Part shown: one piece after another, positions 44,655 through 55,246 of the stretch | Layout: the number at the start of each line of letters is the position of its first letter | Numbering within the stretch: position 1 is the stretch's first letter | From: Patescibacteria group bacterium | GTDB lineage: Bacteria; Patescibacteriota; Microgenomatia; UBA1406; GWC2-37-13 | Assembly: GCA_046350875.1 (NCBI GenBank) | Contig: JAXLZQ010000003.1 | Span: 37,579-101,578, forward strand | Direction of reading: 5' to 3' | DNA: 64,000 nucleotides | Notes under the pieces: model-generated | What the model saw: only the letters and a program-made list of their open reading frames with translations | Told to the model about the DNA's origin: nothing | Database searches by the model: none | Translations under genes and position numbers: made by a program

Positions 44655-45863
44655 TTATTGCGCACCAACTGATGAAGTTAGTGTGTATATTGGCGATAAC
44701 ACTGACATTACAATTAAGAAAACAACTCCGCCAAGAATCACAAGAGTTGCCGGCTCGATAAGCGTTGTTACAGTTTTTACTGCCAAATCTGATTGAATTT
44801 CAAAATATCTTGAGAGTTTCATAAGAATTTCATCCAGTTTGCCAGTTCTTTCTCCAACTGCAGTCATTTGTATTAGAATTGGTGGGAAAGTATCTTCTTT
44901 TGCAAAAGCCTGTGAAATAGTTGCGCCATCTTGAATACTTTTGTATACATTACGAAATGCTCTTTGAAAAACGACATTACTAGTGGAATTTATAATAATA
45001 TTGATGCTTTCAAGGACCAGTACTCCAGAACTAATTAGAAGTGATAGTGTGCTAGTTGAAGTGACAAGAGAGCTAATCTTTAAGATCGGCCCAACTATTG
45101 GAAGTTTCATAAGTATCTTGTATAAAGCGAACCGGTGTTCTTCACTTGCAAAGTATTTTTTGATACCAACCCAAACCCCAAATACAGCAGCGAGCAGTAA
45201 TGGCCAAGCATATTGCAGAAAGGTAGAAAGACTGATAAGTATTTGGGTACTCATTGGAAGCTCAATACCCAAATCTTTATACATTCCAGTTAGTTGAGGT
45301 ATCACAACAGTCAATAGCACCATAACAACACCAATTACACCAACGATAATTATGATTGGATAAGTCATTGTTCCTTTTATTTTCCCCATATATTCCTGTT
45401 GTTTCTCCATATCGTCAGCTAGTCGGAGCATGATCTCATTTAGTTTTCCCGACGCTTCTCCAGCCTTTACAAGCGAAACATAGAGTTTAGAAAATATTTC
45501 TGGTCTTTTTGCAAATGATTTTGAAAGATTTTCACCTGATTTAATGTCAGTGCTGATTGTTGTGTATAGTTTTCTCATCGAAGGTTTCGTGGCTTGAGAA
45601 TTCAAAATGTCAAATGAGCTGCTAATAGTAAGACCAGCATTTAGCATTAATGCAAATTGTCTAGTGAAATTTACTATGTCTGATGTAGATATTTTGTCCA
45701 GTAACTGAGTAAAAACTTCAGTAGCAACCGGTTTTGTTTCCTCTATTTTTACAGGAAAGAAATTATTGTTTCTTAAATATTCAGTAACCTCTTTCAGGTT
45801 GTTGGCTTCGACTTTCCCGTTTACGAATTGTCCGTTTGAAATAGCTTTGTAAGAAAAGAGCAT
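44655..45863 (-). CDS. pilC: Type IV pilus platform protein PilC (GspF family)
   Basis: 402 aa with two T2SSF repeats and three TM segments. Confidence 0.9.
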   Translation of the reverse strand: MLFSYKAISNGQFVNGKVEANNLKEVTEYLRNNNFFPVKIEETKPVATEVFTQLLDKISTSDIVNFTRQFALMLNAGLTISSSFDILNSQATKPSMRKLYTTISTDIKSGENLSKSFAKRPEIFSKLYVSLVKAGEASGKLNEIMLRLADDMEKQQEYMGKIKGTMTYPIIIIVGVIGVVMVLLTVVIPQLTGMYKDLGIELPMSTQILISLSTFLQYAWPLLLAAVFGVWVGIKKYFASEEHRFALYKILMKLPIVGPILKISSLVTSTSTLSLLISSGVLVLESINIIINSTSNVVFQRAFRNVYKSIQDGATISQAFAKEDTFPPILIQMTAVGERTGKLDEILMKLSRYFEIQSDLAVKTVTTLIEPATLVILGGVVFLIVMSVLSPIYTLTSSVGAQ

Positions 45864-45880
45864 ATACTAAAGCAATAATA

Positions 45881-46939
45881 TTACAATCCAATATACTTCA
45901 TAAGTAATTGTGGTCTTAGAGCGTTTTGTAAGGCAACTTCTTTTGAAATGACTCCTTCACGAAAAAGTTTTGTAAGATATTTTTCCATAAGAATCATCCC
46001 ATGCTCATCACCAGTTTCTAGAACGCTATCCAACATAAAAGATTTTCCTTCACGGATAAGTGCTGCAACAGCTGGCGTATTTTGTAAAATCTCAACTGCT
46101 GGGATAACAGGATTTTTGGGAGTGATTGTGGGCACGAGTCTTTGCGCGACAACAACTCGAAGCATTGCGGCAAGTTGAGACCTTACTTGTGGTTGTTGAT
46201 GAGGTGGAAATACATCAATAATACGGTTTATAGCTTCAGTTGTTGCGCTGGTGTGAAGTGTAGAAAAAACAAGATGTCCTGTTTCGGCTGCAGTTAGTGC
46301 TGCGGAGATTGTTTCAAAGTCGCGCATCTCGCCAACTAAGACCACATCTGGATCTTGTCTTAGACAAGCTCTAAGTGCATTTGACCATGTGATAGTGTCA
46401 AGATTCAACTCTCGTTGACTTACCACTGATTTTTTATTAGGAAATACATACTCAATTGGATCTTCAATGGTTATGATGTGTTTTGATGACTTGTCATTTA
46501 TCTCTTGGATGAGTGCTGCTAGAGAGGTAGATTTTCCTTCACCTGTTGGACCGGTAAAAAGAATAAGTCCAAACGAATGGTCGATGAATCTATGAAAGAT
46601 ATTTGGAAGCATCAATTCTTCTATTGTTCTTATCTTGTTTGTAATGTGCCTAAAAGAAGCTGCCACATTGCCTTTTTGAAAATAAAAATTGGCACGAAAC
46701 CTCTCATCACCAAGTGAGATACTACAGTCCAATTCATAAGTTTTCATGAGTCTGTCTTTTTGAAGGGGTGTAAGCAATGTTAAAAGCATTTCTTTGGACT
46801 CGTCTGGGGTAATGGCAGGATAAGAATTCATTTGAAACATTTCTCTATTCACCCTTATCGTAGGTGGATAACCAGATATTATGTGTAAATCAGATGCCTT
46901 TCTTTGCACTGTAAACGTAAGTAATTCTTGTATCGTCAT
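45881..46939 (-). CDS. pilT: Twitching-motility retraction ATPase PilT
   Basis: 352 aa with GPTGEGKST, Asp/His boxes and the typical PilT length. Confidence 0.9.
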   Translation of the reverse strand: MTIQELLTFTVQRKASDLHIISGYPPTIRVNREMFQMNSYPAITPDESKEMLLTLLTPLQKDRLMKTYELDCSISLGDERFRANFYFQKGNVAASFRHITNKIRTIEELMLPNIFHRFIDHSFGLILFTGPTGEGKSTSLAALIQEINDKSSKHIITIEDPIEYVFPNKKSVVSQRELNLDTITWSNALRACLRQDPDVVLVGEMRDFETISAALTAAETGHLVFSTLHTSATTEAINRIIDVFPPHQQPQVRSQLAAMLRVVVAQRLVPTITPKNPVIPAVEILQNTPAVAALIREGKSFMLDSVLETGDEHGMILMEKYLTKLFREGVISKEVALQNALRPQLLMKYIGL

Positions 46940-47037
46940 AGTTGTGATTGTTATTTGTACTTATTTATTATTTGTATTATTTAATTTCCGTTTTTGTTTA
47001 ATAATTAATTAATTATTTGATTATTAGTTTATGTTTT

Positions 47038-48759
47038 TTATTGTAATTCAGTTGTCAAACGAGCAACTTCTTCAAGTGTTGTATATCCAGACAATGCTTT
47101 TATAAATCCATCTTGCCTCATAGTGATCATGCCTTCTTTGATTGCTTGGTTTTGGATGTCTGCTGCTGTGGCATGCTGCAAGATCAATTTATTCACCTCT
47201 GGGGTGATTGTTAACACCTCGAAAATTCCCATTCTTCCAAAATAACCAGTATGATCACAAGCATTACAACCAGTTCCTTTGAATAGTTTCATATCTTTAG
47301 CTTGGTCTGTGACCTTTCCAAAAAGAGCAACTGAAATGGTTTCTTGGACTTCACTCGGCGGAGTGTATTGGACTTTACAATGATCACATATCTTTCTGGC
47401 GATACGCTGAGCAATTGATGCAACAAGTACTGACGAAATTAGAAATGTTTCTGCGCCAAGATCAATAAGTCGTGGAATGGCTGTTGCAGCATTATTTGTG
47501 TGTAGAGTTGAAAAAACAAGATGACCAGTAAGTGCTGCTTGTATAGCGAGCTGTGTGGTTTCTGAGTCACGAATTTCTCCAACAAGTATTATATTTGGAT
47601 CCTGACGCAAAAAAGATCGTAAACCTGTTGAGAATGTGAGCCCTGCAGGGACATTAATTTGTACTTGATTGATACCAGCAATCTGATACTCGACAGGATC
47701 CTCCAGTGTCATAATATTTGTAGTAGGTTTGTTCAGGATGTTTAGAACAGAATAAAGTGTTGTCGTTTTACCTGATCCAGTTGGTCCGGTCACAAGGATT
47801 ATTCCGTATGGATGCTGGATTGCGCTTTGAACTATTTTCAAATTGGAATTTTGTAAACCTAACTCAGGCAGGGTTGGTAAGCCACCAGATTTGCGAAGTA
47901 GTCTCATAACCACTTTCTCTCCATCTACAACAGGCAGCGTAGATACACGGACATCAATTTCATTTTTTTCAAAATTGAAGCTAAACCTCCCATCTTGTGG
48001 AACTCTTCTTTCGTCAAGTTTTAGACCTGACATTATTTTTAGTCTTGAGATAAGTGACTCATGTATGGCAGATGGCAAAACAAGCTTTTCCTGCAGTATT
48101 CCATCGATTCTATACCTCACTCTAGTTTGAGTCTCCTGAGGCTCAATATGTATATCTGATGCTCTACTTTGAACAGAAAACTGCATGATGGTGTCAACGA
48201 TTTTGGTAACAGGTGATTCTGCGACATTTTGATCGGCTTGTTTTTGCTCTTGTGACTGGGCTGCTGATCTTGGAATATTAATATTTTCCGATGCTAGAGC
48301 CTCGGTCACGGCAGGTGCAACGGTCTGGTGATATGCGGGTAGAATGTTCTTTTGAACGTCTTCAGAATAAGCGAGATAGAATGTGATTTTGTATCCAGTT
48401 TTTTGCTCCAAGAAATTTTGAAGATTCAGATTTAGTGGGTCAGGAGTTGCAATATTTAGATGTTTGGTAGTCTCATCAATTTGGAATGGCAATATAAGAT
48501 AGCGAGTGGCAAGATTTTTTGCAATCGGTGCTAGTGCAGCAGGATTAATGGGTGTTGAGGCAATGTCAACAGCTGGAACATTGAGACATTTTGCCTTGGC
48601 TTCAAGAAGAGCTTGTTTTGGAGCCAAACTATAACCCAATACTAGTTCCTCTATTTCTTTTCCAGTGCGAAGTGATTCAAGCTCAAGCTTGTCAGCTGTT
48701 GCCTGATCTACATACCCTTGCTCGATAAGAGATGCAAGATAAATCTTTGGAGATAACAT
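47038..48759 (-). CDS. pilB: Type IV pilus assembly ATPase PilB (GspE family)
   Basis: 573 aa with an N-terminal GSPII-like domain, GPTGSGKTT and a tetracysteine motif CDHC...CNAC. Confidence 0.9.
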   Translation of the reverse strand: MLSPKIYLASLIEQGYVDQATADKLELESLRTGKEIEELVLGYSLAPKQALLEAKAKCLNVPAVDIASTPINPAALAPIAKNLATRYLILPFQIDETTKHLNIATPDPLNLNLQNFLEQKTGYKITFYLAYSEDVQKNILPAYHQTVAPAVTEALASENINIPRSAAQSQEQKQADQNVAESPVTKIVDTIMQFSVQSRASDIHIEPQETQTRVRYRIDGILQEKLVLPSAIHESLISRLKIMSGLKLDERRVPQDGRFSFNFEKNEIDVRVSTLPVVDGEKVVMRLLRKSGGLPTLPELGLQNSNLKIVQSAIQHPYGIILVTGPTGSGKTTTLYSVLNILNKPTTNIMTLEDPVEYQIAGINQVQINVPAGLTFSTGLRSFLRQDPNIILVGEIRDSETTQLAIQAALTGHLVFSTLHTNNAATAIPRLIDLGAETFLISSVLVASIAQRIARKICDHCKVQYTPPSEVQETISVALFGKVTDQAKDMKLFKGTGCNACDHTGYFGRMGIFEVLTITPEVNKLILQHATAADIQNQAIKEGMITMRQDGFIKALSGYTTLEEVARLTTELQ

Positions 48760-48863
48760 ATACTCAAGATATCAAACATATTCTATCTATGCAATAACAT
48801 CACAACATTTGGGATACAAAACCTTCTTTTATTTGAAGTTTAATACTGTTATCATGAAACTAT

Positions 48864-49313
48864 ATGTCATCTGATAATAAAAAACCAACAATTGGGTTTA
48901 CTCTTATTGAGCTAATTATTGGGATAACCATTGTGGGTGTTCTTGCAACAATGGGAACTGTAGTTTATTCAAACAGTATGGCTACAAGTAGAGACGCCAG
49001 AAGGAGATCTGATCTAGAGCAAATTAGAAGTGCTCTAGAACTTTTTAGATCTAATAGCGGAACATCTCTTTATCCCACAAATGTGCTTAGTATTACTCCA
49101 TATATAAAGATTCCCAAAGATACAAGAAACAATAAGGATTACGGTTATATTTGGACTTCACCAGGTAATGATTATACTTTGGGAGTTTATTTAGAAAGTC
49201 CTGGTAGTTCAACTTGCGGAGTTGTACCAGTTCCCACTATCTGTTGGAATTTCAAGGCAACCCCATCCCCAATTGCATGTAATTATTGTGTTGGACCTTA
49301 TGGAACAAAATAA
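48864..49313 (+). CDS. Pilin/pseudopilin (PulG-like)
   Basis: IGFTLIELIIGITIVGVLA followed by SRDARRRSDLEQIRSALELF, the GspG-like pattern. Confidence 0.75.
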   Translation: MSSDNKKPTIGFTLIELIIGITIVGVLATMGTVVYSNSMATSRDARRRSDLEQIRSALELFRSNSGTSLYPTNVLSITPYIKIPKDTRNNKDYGYIWTSPGNDYTLGVYLESPGSSTCGVVPVPTICWNFKATPSPIACNYCVGPYGTK

Positions 49314-49878
49314 AAATGGATTTACATTGATCGAAATTCTTACTGCTGTTGCCATCATTGCTATTCTAAGTGGTATCACTATTGCAAGATTTGGTGACTT
49401 TGGTGCTAAAAAAAGCTTTGAAAGAGAAGTTACAGAGCTTGTTGAGCTGACAAATATAAGTCAGTCATACGCCAATTCTCAAAACAGTGCAAATTGCACT
49501 ACAAACGATAGACTCTCTTATACTAAAGTTCAAAAAACAGGTGAAAATACTTATGAGGTTTTTATGGCTTGTGAAACTGGTTTTATTGGTGGTGGCACTC
49601 CAACTGTTTCTCCAGCATTTCAAATGAGTCCAAGAATAAATAAGTCTTTTACGGTATCCAAGTTTAGCCCTGCTATGGGAGGTGTTGGTACAGACATGGT
49701 TAAGTTCTTGCCTGGAGCTTATACGACACCAGGCCCAACAATCATGCTTTATGCAGGAGCAGAATGTGCATGTGTGAAGATTGATATAAACGGAATGATT
49801 AGTAAAACTACAAAACAAGGATGTGTTCTCGATGCGCCCGTAGCAACACCTACAATTACATGTAATTCATGGGAATAA
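49300..49878 (+). CDS. Minor pilin-like protein
   Basis: Start at MEQNKNGFTLIEILTAVAIIAIL, a prepilin motif. Confidence 0.7.
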   Translation: MEQNKNGFTLIEILTAVAIIAILSGITIARFGDFGAKKSFEREVTELVELTNISQSYANSQNSANCTTNDRLSYTKVQKTGENTYEVFMACETGFIGGGTPTVSPAFQMSPRINKSFTVSKFSPAMGGVGTDMVKFLPGAYTTPGPTIMLYAGAECACVKIDINGMISKTTKQGCVLDAPVATPTITCNSWE

Positions 49879-50408
49879 AATATAGTAAGAAATTTGAGTT
49901 TTTTAGAACTCGTGAAAGAGGTATATCTCTTATCGAGACTATGATTTTTGTAATCATAATAAGTGTGGTGCTTGTATCTCTTGTCGGCACAACAGCGACT
50001 ATGACGCGACAGATGCAAATCAATTACAACAAGGTTTATGCAACTCATTATGCCGAAGAGCTCTCAGATTGGATTAGAGTGCAAAAAGAAGTAGTGGGAT
50101 GGAATACTTTTTATTCTAGATCATGTGCAGGCGGAATTTGTAATGCTACAGGAACTAGTTTTTGTATCAATAACCCTTTAACATTTACTTCAGTATATGA
50201 CGCCACAACATTAACCTCTATAGGCTCATGTACATATAATGGGATCAGCACATTAAACCCAAGTATTTTCAAAAGAACAGTAACATTTAAACAGAGTGGA
50301 TCTACAGGTAACCAATATTCTATAAGAGCTCAAATAATAGTTTCTTGGAAAGAAGCTGGAGGTAAGGATTTTCAAGTAGAAGTCAATACATTATATGCGC
50401 CACTTTAA
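49869..50408 (+). CDS. Minor pilin-like protein (atypical G|ISLIE leader)
   Basis: RERGISLIETMIFVIIISVVLV. Confidence 0.55.
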   Translation: MGIKYSKKFEFFRTRERGISLIETMIFVIIISVVLVSLVGTTATMTRQMQINYNKVYATHYAEELSDWIRVQKEVVGWNTFYSRSCAGGICNATGTSFCINNPLTFTSVYDATTLTSIGSCTYNGISTLNPSIFKRTVTFKQSGSTGNQYSIRAQIIVSWKEAGGKDFQVEVNTLYAPL

Positions 50409-50952
50409 GCAACTCGACAATACTATCTATGGGAAAGCTTTTACGCTAGTTGAGATAATCATTGTTGTAGCGATTATGGGTGTGGCTTTGCAGGTTTTGA
50501 CAGGGATACTTTTCACCATTATGAGGCAACAATCTGCGGTCATAAGATTCTCAAATGTAAAAAAAGAAGGTGATCAAGTTATGGAACGAATGAAGAGTGA
50601 AATCTACAAAAGAACAATTAATATAACAGATTCTGCAGGAGTGCCTGTTTGTGTTACATCATCAGAATCTGCAGCAAATATGACTACAGGATATTTTGTA
50701 GACTCTACTCCAATTAGCTTTAGATTCTCACAGTCTGGGAATTATATTGTATATAGAAATAATGGAGTAAATTCCAATCTCAACACATCAAAAACATCCA
50801 TATCTGGGCTCACTGTGCAGTGTAAGAGGCTAGGCACATATTCTAACCGGCTTATTATGGTTTCATTTACCATTCAGTCATCTGTGGTTGCTCTTGCTTC
50901 AGAAGGCAATCCCACTCTCCGCTATAACACTCTTATCATGCTAAAAAACTGA
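50395..50952 (+). CDS. Minor pilin-like protein
   Basis: GKAFTLVEIIIVVAIMGVAL. Confidence 0.6.
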   Translation: MRHFKQLDNTIYGKAFTLVEIIIVVAIMGVALQVLTGILFTIMRQQSAVIRFSNVKKEGDQVMERMKSEIYKRTINITDSAGVPVCVTSSESAANMTTGYFVDSTPISFRFSQSGNYIVYRNNGVNSNLNTSKTSISGLTVQCKRLGTYSNRLIMVSFTIQSSVVALASEGNPTLRYNTLIMLKN

Positions 50953-51005
50953 AAAATACGCATGCTATTGCAGTGTTTGATATTATTTGATACTTTATAT
51001 ACTAT

Positions 51006-52025
51006 ATGGCAACAGTTCCTATCGGACTTGAAATAAACGAAAACAGAATACGTATCGCAGACGCTAGATTCAAAGACGGGGTTATATATCTTCAGGCTTT
51101 GGGACTTTCGGAGACTCTTCCTATGTTTTTTGCAAACGCATCATCTGACATAGCTATCCAGAAACAAGCTATGATAATCCACACACTTTGCACAGACTTA
51201 AAGATTGCAAATAAACCTGTAAATGTGGTCTTGCCTGATTCGATCACTTATTCCCAAATAGTCGAAACTCCAGTTCTTGCCGAAAAAGAACTCATTACAG
51301 CAATAAGATATCTTGCTGATGAGTTTATTCCTATGAATATTGATGAAACATATTTGGATCTAGAGATACTAAAAACTGATACTGTTGCAAACAAACTTGA
51401 GATACTTATTGTCGCAGCTCCAAAAAGGATAGTAGATGGAGTATTTAAGGCAGTCGAGTTATCAGGGCTTACTCCAAATAGACTTGAGACTGAAGTTTCA
51501 GCTGTCGGAAGATTGGTGTCAGAAGTTATGAAAACAAAAGATTTCAAGGAGGCATATTGCATCGTGAATGTCGGTTATACAGGTAGCTCAATATATCTTA
51601 TTGACAATAGTACTCACAGATTAGTGTTTATCAGAAGTTCTAAGATGGGCTATGACCTTATTTTGAAAGAGGTGATGGTAAACCTGAATTTGGATCAGTC
51701 AAATGCTGCGACTATTTTGCAAAAACCAGGTGAGCGTAGTGAGCAGGTTATAAATGCAATAATGACGTCAGCCAAAGAAATTGCAAATGAAATCAAAAGA
51801 ATAGTTGATGTCTTTGTACATAAAAACAATGTACCAGTCAATCGTGTTTTTACCGTCAATTATTCGTCTCAAATTTATGGCTTCACTGCATTATTAGAAA
51901 GATTAACAGGTCTAAATTCAGAACCTTTGCCGCTAAATACTGTCTATGTACCAAATACTGTGCTCAAAGTATTTTCGTCTGAGATTACTGAGTTTGCCTC
52001 TGTTGTATCAACTACCATGGTATGA
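51006..52025 (+). CDS. pilM: Type IV pilus assembly protein PilM (actin-like ATPase fold)
   Basis: 339 aa with PilM-like organisation, followed by genes of PilN/PilO type. Confidence 0.75.
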   Translation: MATVPIGLEINENRIRIADARFKDGVIYLQALGLSETLPMFFANASSDIAIQKQAMIIHTLCTDLKIANKPVNVVLPDSITYSQIVETPVLAEKELITAIRYLADEFIPMNIDETYLDLEILKTDTVANKLEILIVAAPKRIVDGVFKAVELSGLTPNRLETEVSAVGRLVSEVMKTKDFKEAYCIVNVGYTGSSIYLIDNSTHRLVFIRSSKMGYDLILKEVMVNLNLDQSNAATILQKPGERSEQVINAIMTSAKEIANEIKRIVDVFVHKNNVPVNRVFTVNYSSQIYGFTALLERLTGLNSEPLPLNTVYVPNTVLKVFSSEITEFASVVSTTMV

Positions 52026-52594
52026 TCCAAAAGCACATTAATTTATTCGCCAATCCGCTAAAAAAATCAAAACGCGGTGTAGAATATTTGCGCAAAATTA
52101 GAATTGTTGCTCTTATTCTCTCATTTTTCTCCTTTTTAGCTTTGCTTGTGGTTTTTGTCGTACAAGCAACTCTCACCTCCAATATGTCCCAAGTTGAAAA
52201 AGAAAAATCATTTGTTGAGGAGGAGATAAATCAACAACTTGAAAGGCAAATAAGCAACCATTTGGTTGGAATGCGTATCCAGACGATAGAAGCCGCTAAT
52301 AAAAAAGATATTTCCTATGCGAGTAAAGAAGCCACACTCCGAAGGATTCTAACAGAATCTGATGTTGATGCAGAGATTACCTCACTATCAATACCAAACC
52401 TTACTGATTTTACAGCAAAGTTACTTTTCCCAAGTAAAAATGAGCTGTTGAACTTTGTTAGGGTTAGCGAAACTCAAGAGTTTTCGGATAAATTTGCATT
52501 GGTAAGAATAAGTAACTTTTCAGTTTCAGACGAGGCTTCTCCATCTGGAGAGCTTGAGGATAGGACAATGACTATTATTGGACAATTCTTATGA
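52022..52594 (+). CDS. PilN-like bitopic membrane protein
   Basis: 190 aa with INLF...K N-terminus, a single TM and a coiled coil. Translationally coupled to pilM. Confidence 0.55.
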   Translation: MIQKHINLFANPLKKSKRGVEYLRKIRIVALILSFFSFLALLVVFVVQATLTSNMSQVEKEKSFVEEEINQQLERQISNHLVGMRIQTIEAANKKDISYASKEATLRRILTESDVDAEITSLSIPNLTDFTAKLLFPSKNELLNFVRVSETQEFSDKFALVRISNFSVSDEASPSGELEDRTMTIIGQFL

Positions 52595-53343
52595 ACAACA
52601 AAGACAAAATAGCATCATTTTTTGTAAGACAGCAATTTGTGATTGTGCTTGAGAAGTGGGCAATTCCAATGTTGTCCATCATGCTCACAGTCTTTTTGGT
52701 TTATGAGAGCTATGTGACTTATGGTATTTATAATGAATACCTACTCAAGCGAGAGGAGTTAGCTGGTATTTCAAACTCTCTTGATAAATATAAACGCAAT
52801 ATTATCTTAAATGACGAAGATAAGAATTACTACGGTGCAATTCTAGCCAAACAAATACCAGCGAAAGAAAATATATTTGCTACCTATACTTTTGTAGATG
52901 ATTTTATTGCCAAAAGCGGTTTGGATATCACTCAGTACGGTGAGGCTAACGTTCCACTTCCCGAAAGTCCTGGTGTCAACTCTCTCAACATCTCTGTTTC
53001 AGGATTAGTTTCAAAAGATAGATTCTACGAATTTTTGAATGAGTATAAATATAAATATAGCAGGTTTATGATTATGACCAATATGAATAAAGAGGTTTTG
53101 GAATCGGTAACAGATACAGATGCAAATATTAATTTTACGACTTCATTGTCGCTATACACAATACCTTCGGTCACTACAATCGGAGACGATTTGCACAATC
53201 TCAACCTCATATCTTTTGATAAATTAATGAAATCCAAATTCGATGATATAAAATCAAAGTTAAATGATGATAACTATACAGAAAAGCAAGAATCTGAAGA
53301 AGACATTCCTGTAGACTACGATCCAGTAAATTCTCTATTCTGA
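52591..53343 (+). CDS. PilO-like bitopic membrane protein
   Basis: 250 aa with a single TM then a coiled coil. The call rests on position after the PilN-like gene. Confidence 0.45.
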   Translation: MNNKDKIASFFVRQQFVIVLEKWAIPMLSIMLTVFLVYESYVTYGIYNEYLLKREELAGISNSLDKYKRNIILNDEDKNYYGAILAKQIPAKENIFATYTFVDDFIAKSGLDITQYGEANVPLPESPGVNSLNISVSGLVSKDRFYEFLNEYKYKYSRFMIMTNMNKEVLESVTDTDANINFTTSLSLYTIPSVTTIGDDLHNLNLISFDKLMKSKFDDIKSKLNDDNYTEKQESEEDIPVDYDPVNSLF

Positions 53344-53548
53344 TAAAACAATCCCTTAAGGCCGAAGGCTTGTAGGCTTGAAATATCAAGATAAATCTCT
53401 ATATTTTTGGAAATAGATTAAACTTCCTTCGGTAGTTTGTGAATAGGAATCAAAATATTAAAAATATATTCATTTGGATCAATATTTACTATACGAGTGA
53501 AATTATTGTTTTATCCATCACTTGGCTACATGCCATTGGCTATTCACT

Positions 53549-53788
53549 TTATGCCTTTTTGATTATATTTAGCTTTTGGAGACCTTCGGAGATTGTTGCT
53601 CCAACTTTTAGCCAGTAGTTTAGTCTATCCTCTTGGATTTCTACTTTGTGTGGCTTTGACATAGGATTATAAGATCCTATTGCTTCAATATAAGCACCAT
53701 TTCTTTTGCGGGTCTTTTCAACCGCTACAATTCTATAAAATGGTTGACCTTTTTTGCCAAATCTTGCTAGTCTTAGTGTTACTGCCAT
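53549..53788 (-). CDS. rpsP: 30S ribosomal protein S16
   Basis: MAVTLRLARFGKKGQPFYRIVA... Confidence 0.9.
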   Translation of the reverse strand: MAVTLRLARFGKKGQPFYRIVAVEKTRKRNGAYIEAIGSYNPMSKPHKVEIQEDRLNYWLKVGATISEGLQKLNIIKKA

Positions 53789-53821
53789 AAGTAAAAAATA
53801 TAAGTTTAGACTGTTATTATA

Positions 53822-54520
53822 TCACTCTTTGAGTATTTTTTCTAGAGCTAAACGAGCTGCATTTTCCTCAGCTTGTTTTTTGGATTTACCCTCACCTTCT
53901 GCATATGGTCTATCTGCAATAGATACTAATACTGTGAACTCCTTGGAGTGCTCTGGACCATCTTCTTTTGTAAGCGTATAAACTGGTAAGACCTTGTATT
54001 TTTCCTGACTTACTTCCTGTAGATGACTTTTTGGTGATAGATAGCTTTTGGTCTTTATGATTTTATCCAGCTTTTCCGCAAATAGGAAAGTGCTTACAAA
54101 TTCATAGGCTGCTTCAAAACCCTTATCGAGAAATATTGAAGCAATTAACGCTTCAAAACAGTCGGCAAGGATATTGGTGTTTGTTCGTCCACTATTTCCT
54201 TCTTCACCCTTAGAAAGCAATAAATATCGACCCAGGCCAATACCTGCTCCCACCTCTGCCAGACTCTCCATACGCACTATTGACGCTTTGATGTCTGTGT
54301 ACTGACCCTCTGCAAGCTCGGGGTAGTTTTTGTATAGGTAAATTGATGTGATAAGCGATAATACGCTATCTCCCAAAAATTCTAATTTTTCATTAGATGG
54401 TAGATCGAAATCCTTGTGTTCGTTGAGGTAGGACCTATGCACAAAGACATTTCTAATAAGGTTTACTTTTTCTATTCTAATCTTAATTTTTTTAAAAAGT
54501 TCATCAAAATTTGTATTCAT
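53822..54520 (-). CDS. rnc: Ribonuclease III
   Basis: Signature EKLEFLGDSVL plus a C-terminal dsRBD (GPEHSKEFTV...GEGKSKKQAEENAA). Confidence 0.9.
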   Translation of the reverse strand: MNTNFDELFKKIKIRIEKVNLIRNVFVHRSYLNEHKDFDLPSNEKLEFLGDSVLSLITSIYLYKNYPELAEGQYTDIKASIVRMESLAEVGAGIGLGRYLLLSKGEEGNSGRTNTNILADCFEALIASIFLDKGFEAAYEFVSTFLFAEKLDKIIKTKSYLSPKSHLQEVSQEKYKVLPVYTLTKEDGPEHSKEFTVLVSIADRPYAEGEGKSKKQAEENAARLALEKILKE

Positions 54521-54531
54521 ATTTACATTTC

Positions 54532-54948
54532 TTAAATTTTATTTGACTCTTGATCGCTTAATATTGCACCTAGAGCTCCATTCACAAACGCGTAAGATCT
54601 ATCACTACCAAGCTCTTTTGCAAGTTCCACTGCCTCGTTAATTATTACTTTGGGAGGCTCTTTTTTTACAAAAACGAGCTCATAGACTGCAAGTCTTAGT
54701 ATAGACAAATCTGTTTTTGCCACGTTTTCGAGCGGATATTTGGATGCATGTTTTTTTATTATTTCATCAATTTTCCCAATGTTGCCTAGGATTTCATCGA
54801 ATTCTCTTTTTATCTCTGTGTTTTCAGAAAAATCTACCTGGTTTGGATCGTATGTAGATGCGTAAAGTTGTTGTACTAAAGTAACTCTTTTTGAGTGTCT
54901 AGTATCTGGTATTTTGGATGTTTCAGACAAATCTTGGGTGTTTTGCAT
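54532..54948 (-). CDS. nusB: Transcription antitermination factor NusB
   Basis: 138 aa with the NusB helical pattern (RLAVYEL...PPKVIINEAVELAKELG). Confidence 0.8.
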   Translation of the reverse strand: MQNTQDLSETSKIPDTRHSKRVTLVQQLYASTYDPNQVDFSENTEIKREFDEILGNIGKIDEIIKKHASKYPLENVAKTDLSILRLAVYELVFVKKEPPKVIINEAVELAKELGSDRSYAFVNGALGAILSDQESNKI

Positions 54949-55024
54949 AAATATAGATACATTATATGCTTTGGATATATCTATTCAATGAGCAATTGAC
55001 AAATTGCTATGTTTCTAAGCTGTT

Positions 55025-55177
55025 TTATTTCTTACCACAGGCTTTGCAAACAATGTGAGGGAGTTTTTTTGCTCCACAGTTTTTGCAAATAACTAGGTTT
55101 GGAAGCTCGTTGAGTCTTGTAGCTTTTCTCCTACCTGATCTCATTGTTGAGAATTTTCTCTTTGGAAGTGGTGTCAT
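55025..55177 (-). CDS. rpmF: 50S ribosomal protein L32
   Basis: 50-aa ORF absent from the ORF track: MTPLPKRKFSTMRSGRRKATRLNELPNLVICKNCGAKKLPHIVCKACGKK, i.e. the bL32 PKRK..S N-terminus and Cys4. Confidence 0.8.
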   Translation of the reverse strand: MTPLPKRKFSTMRSGRRKATRLNELPNLVICKNCGAKKLPHIVCKACGKK

Positions 55178-55246
55178 AATTAGCTACTATTATACCCCAC
55201 ACAGAGCTCTTTTTCAATATATTTTACTCCCTAATTCGCTTTGCTA

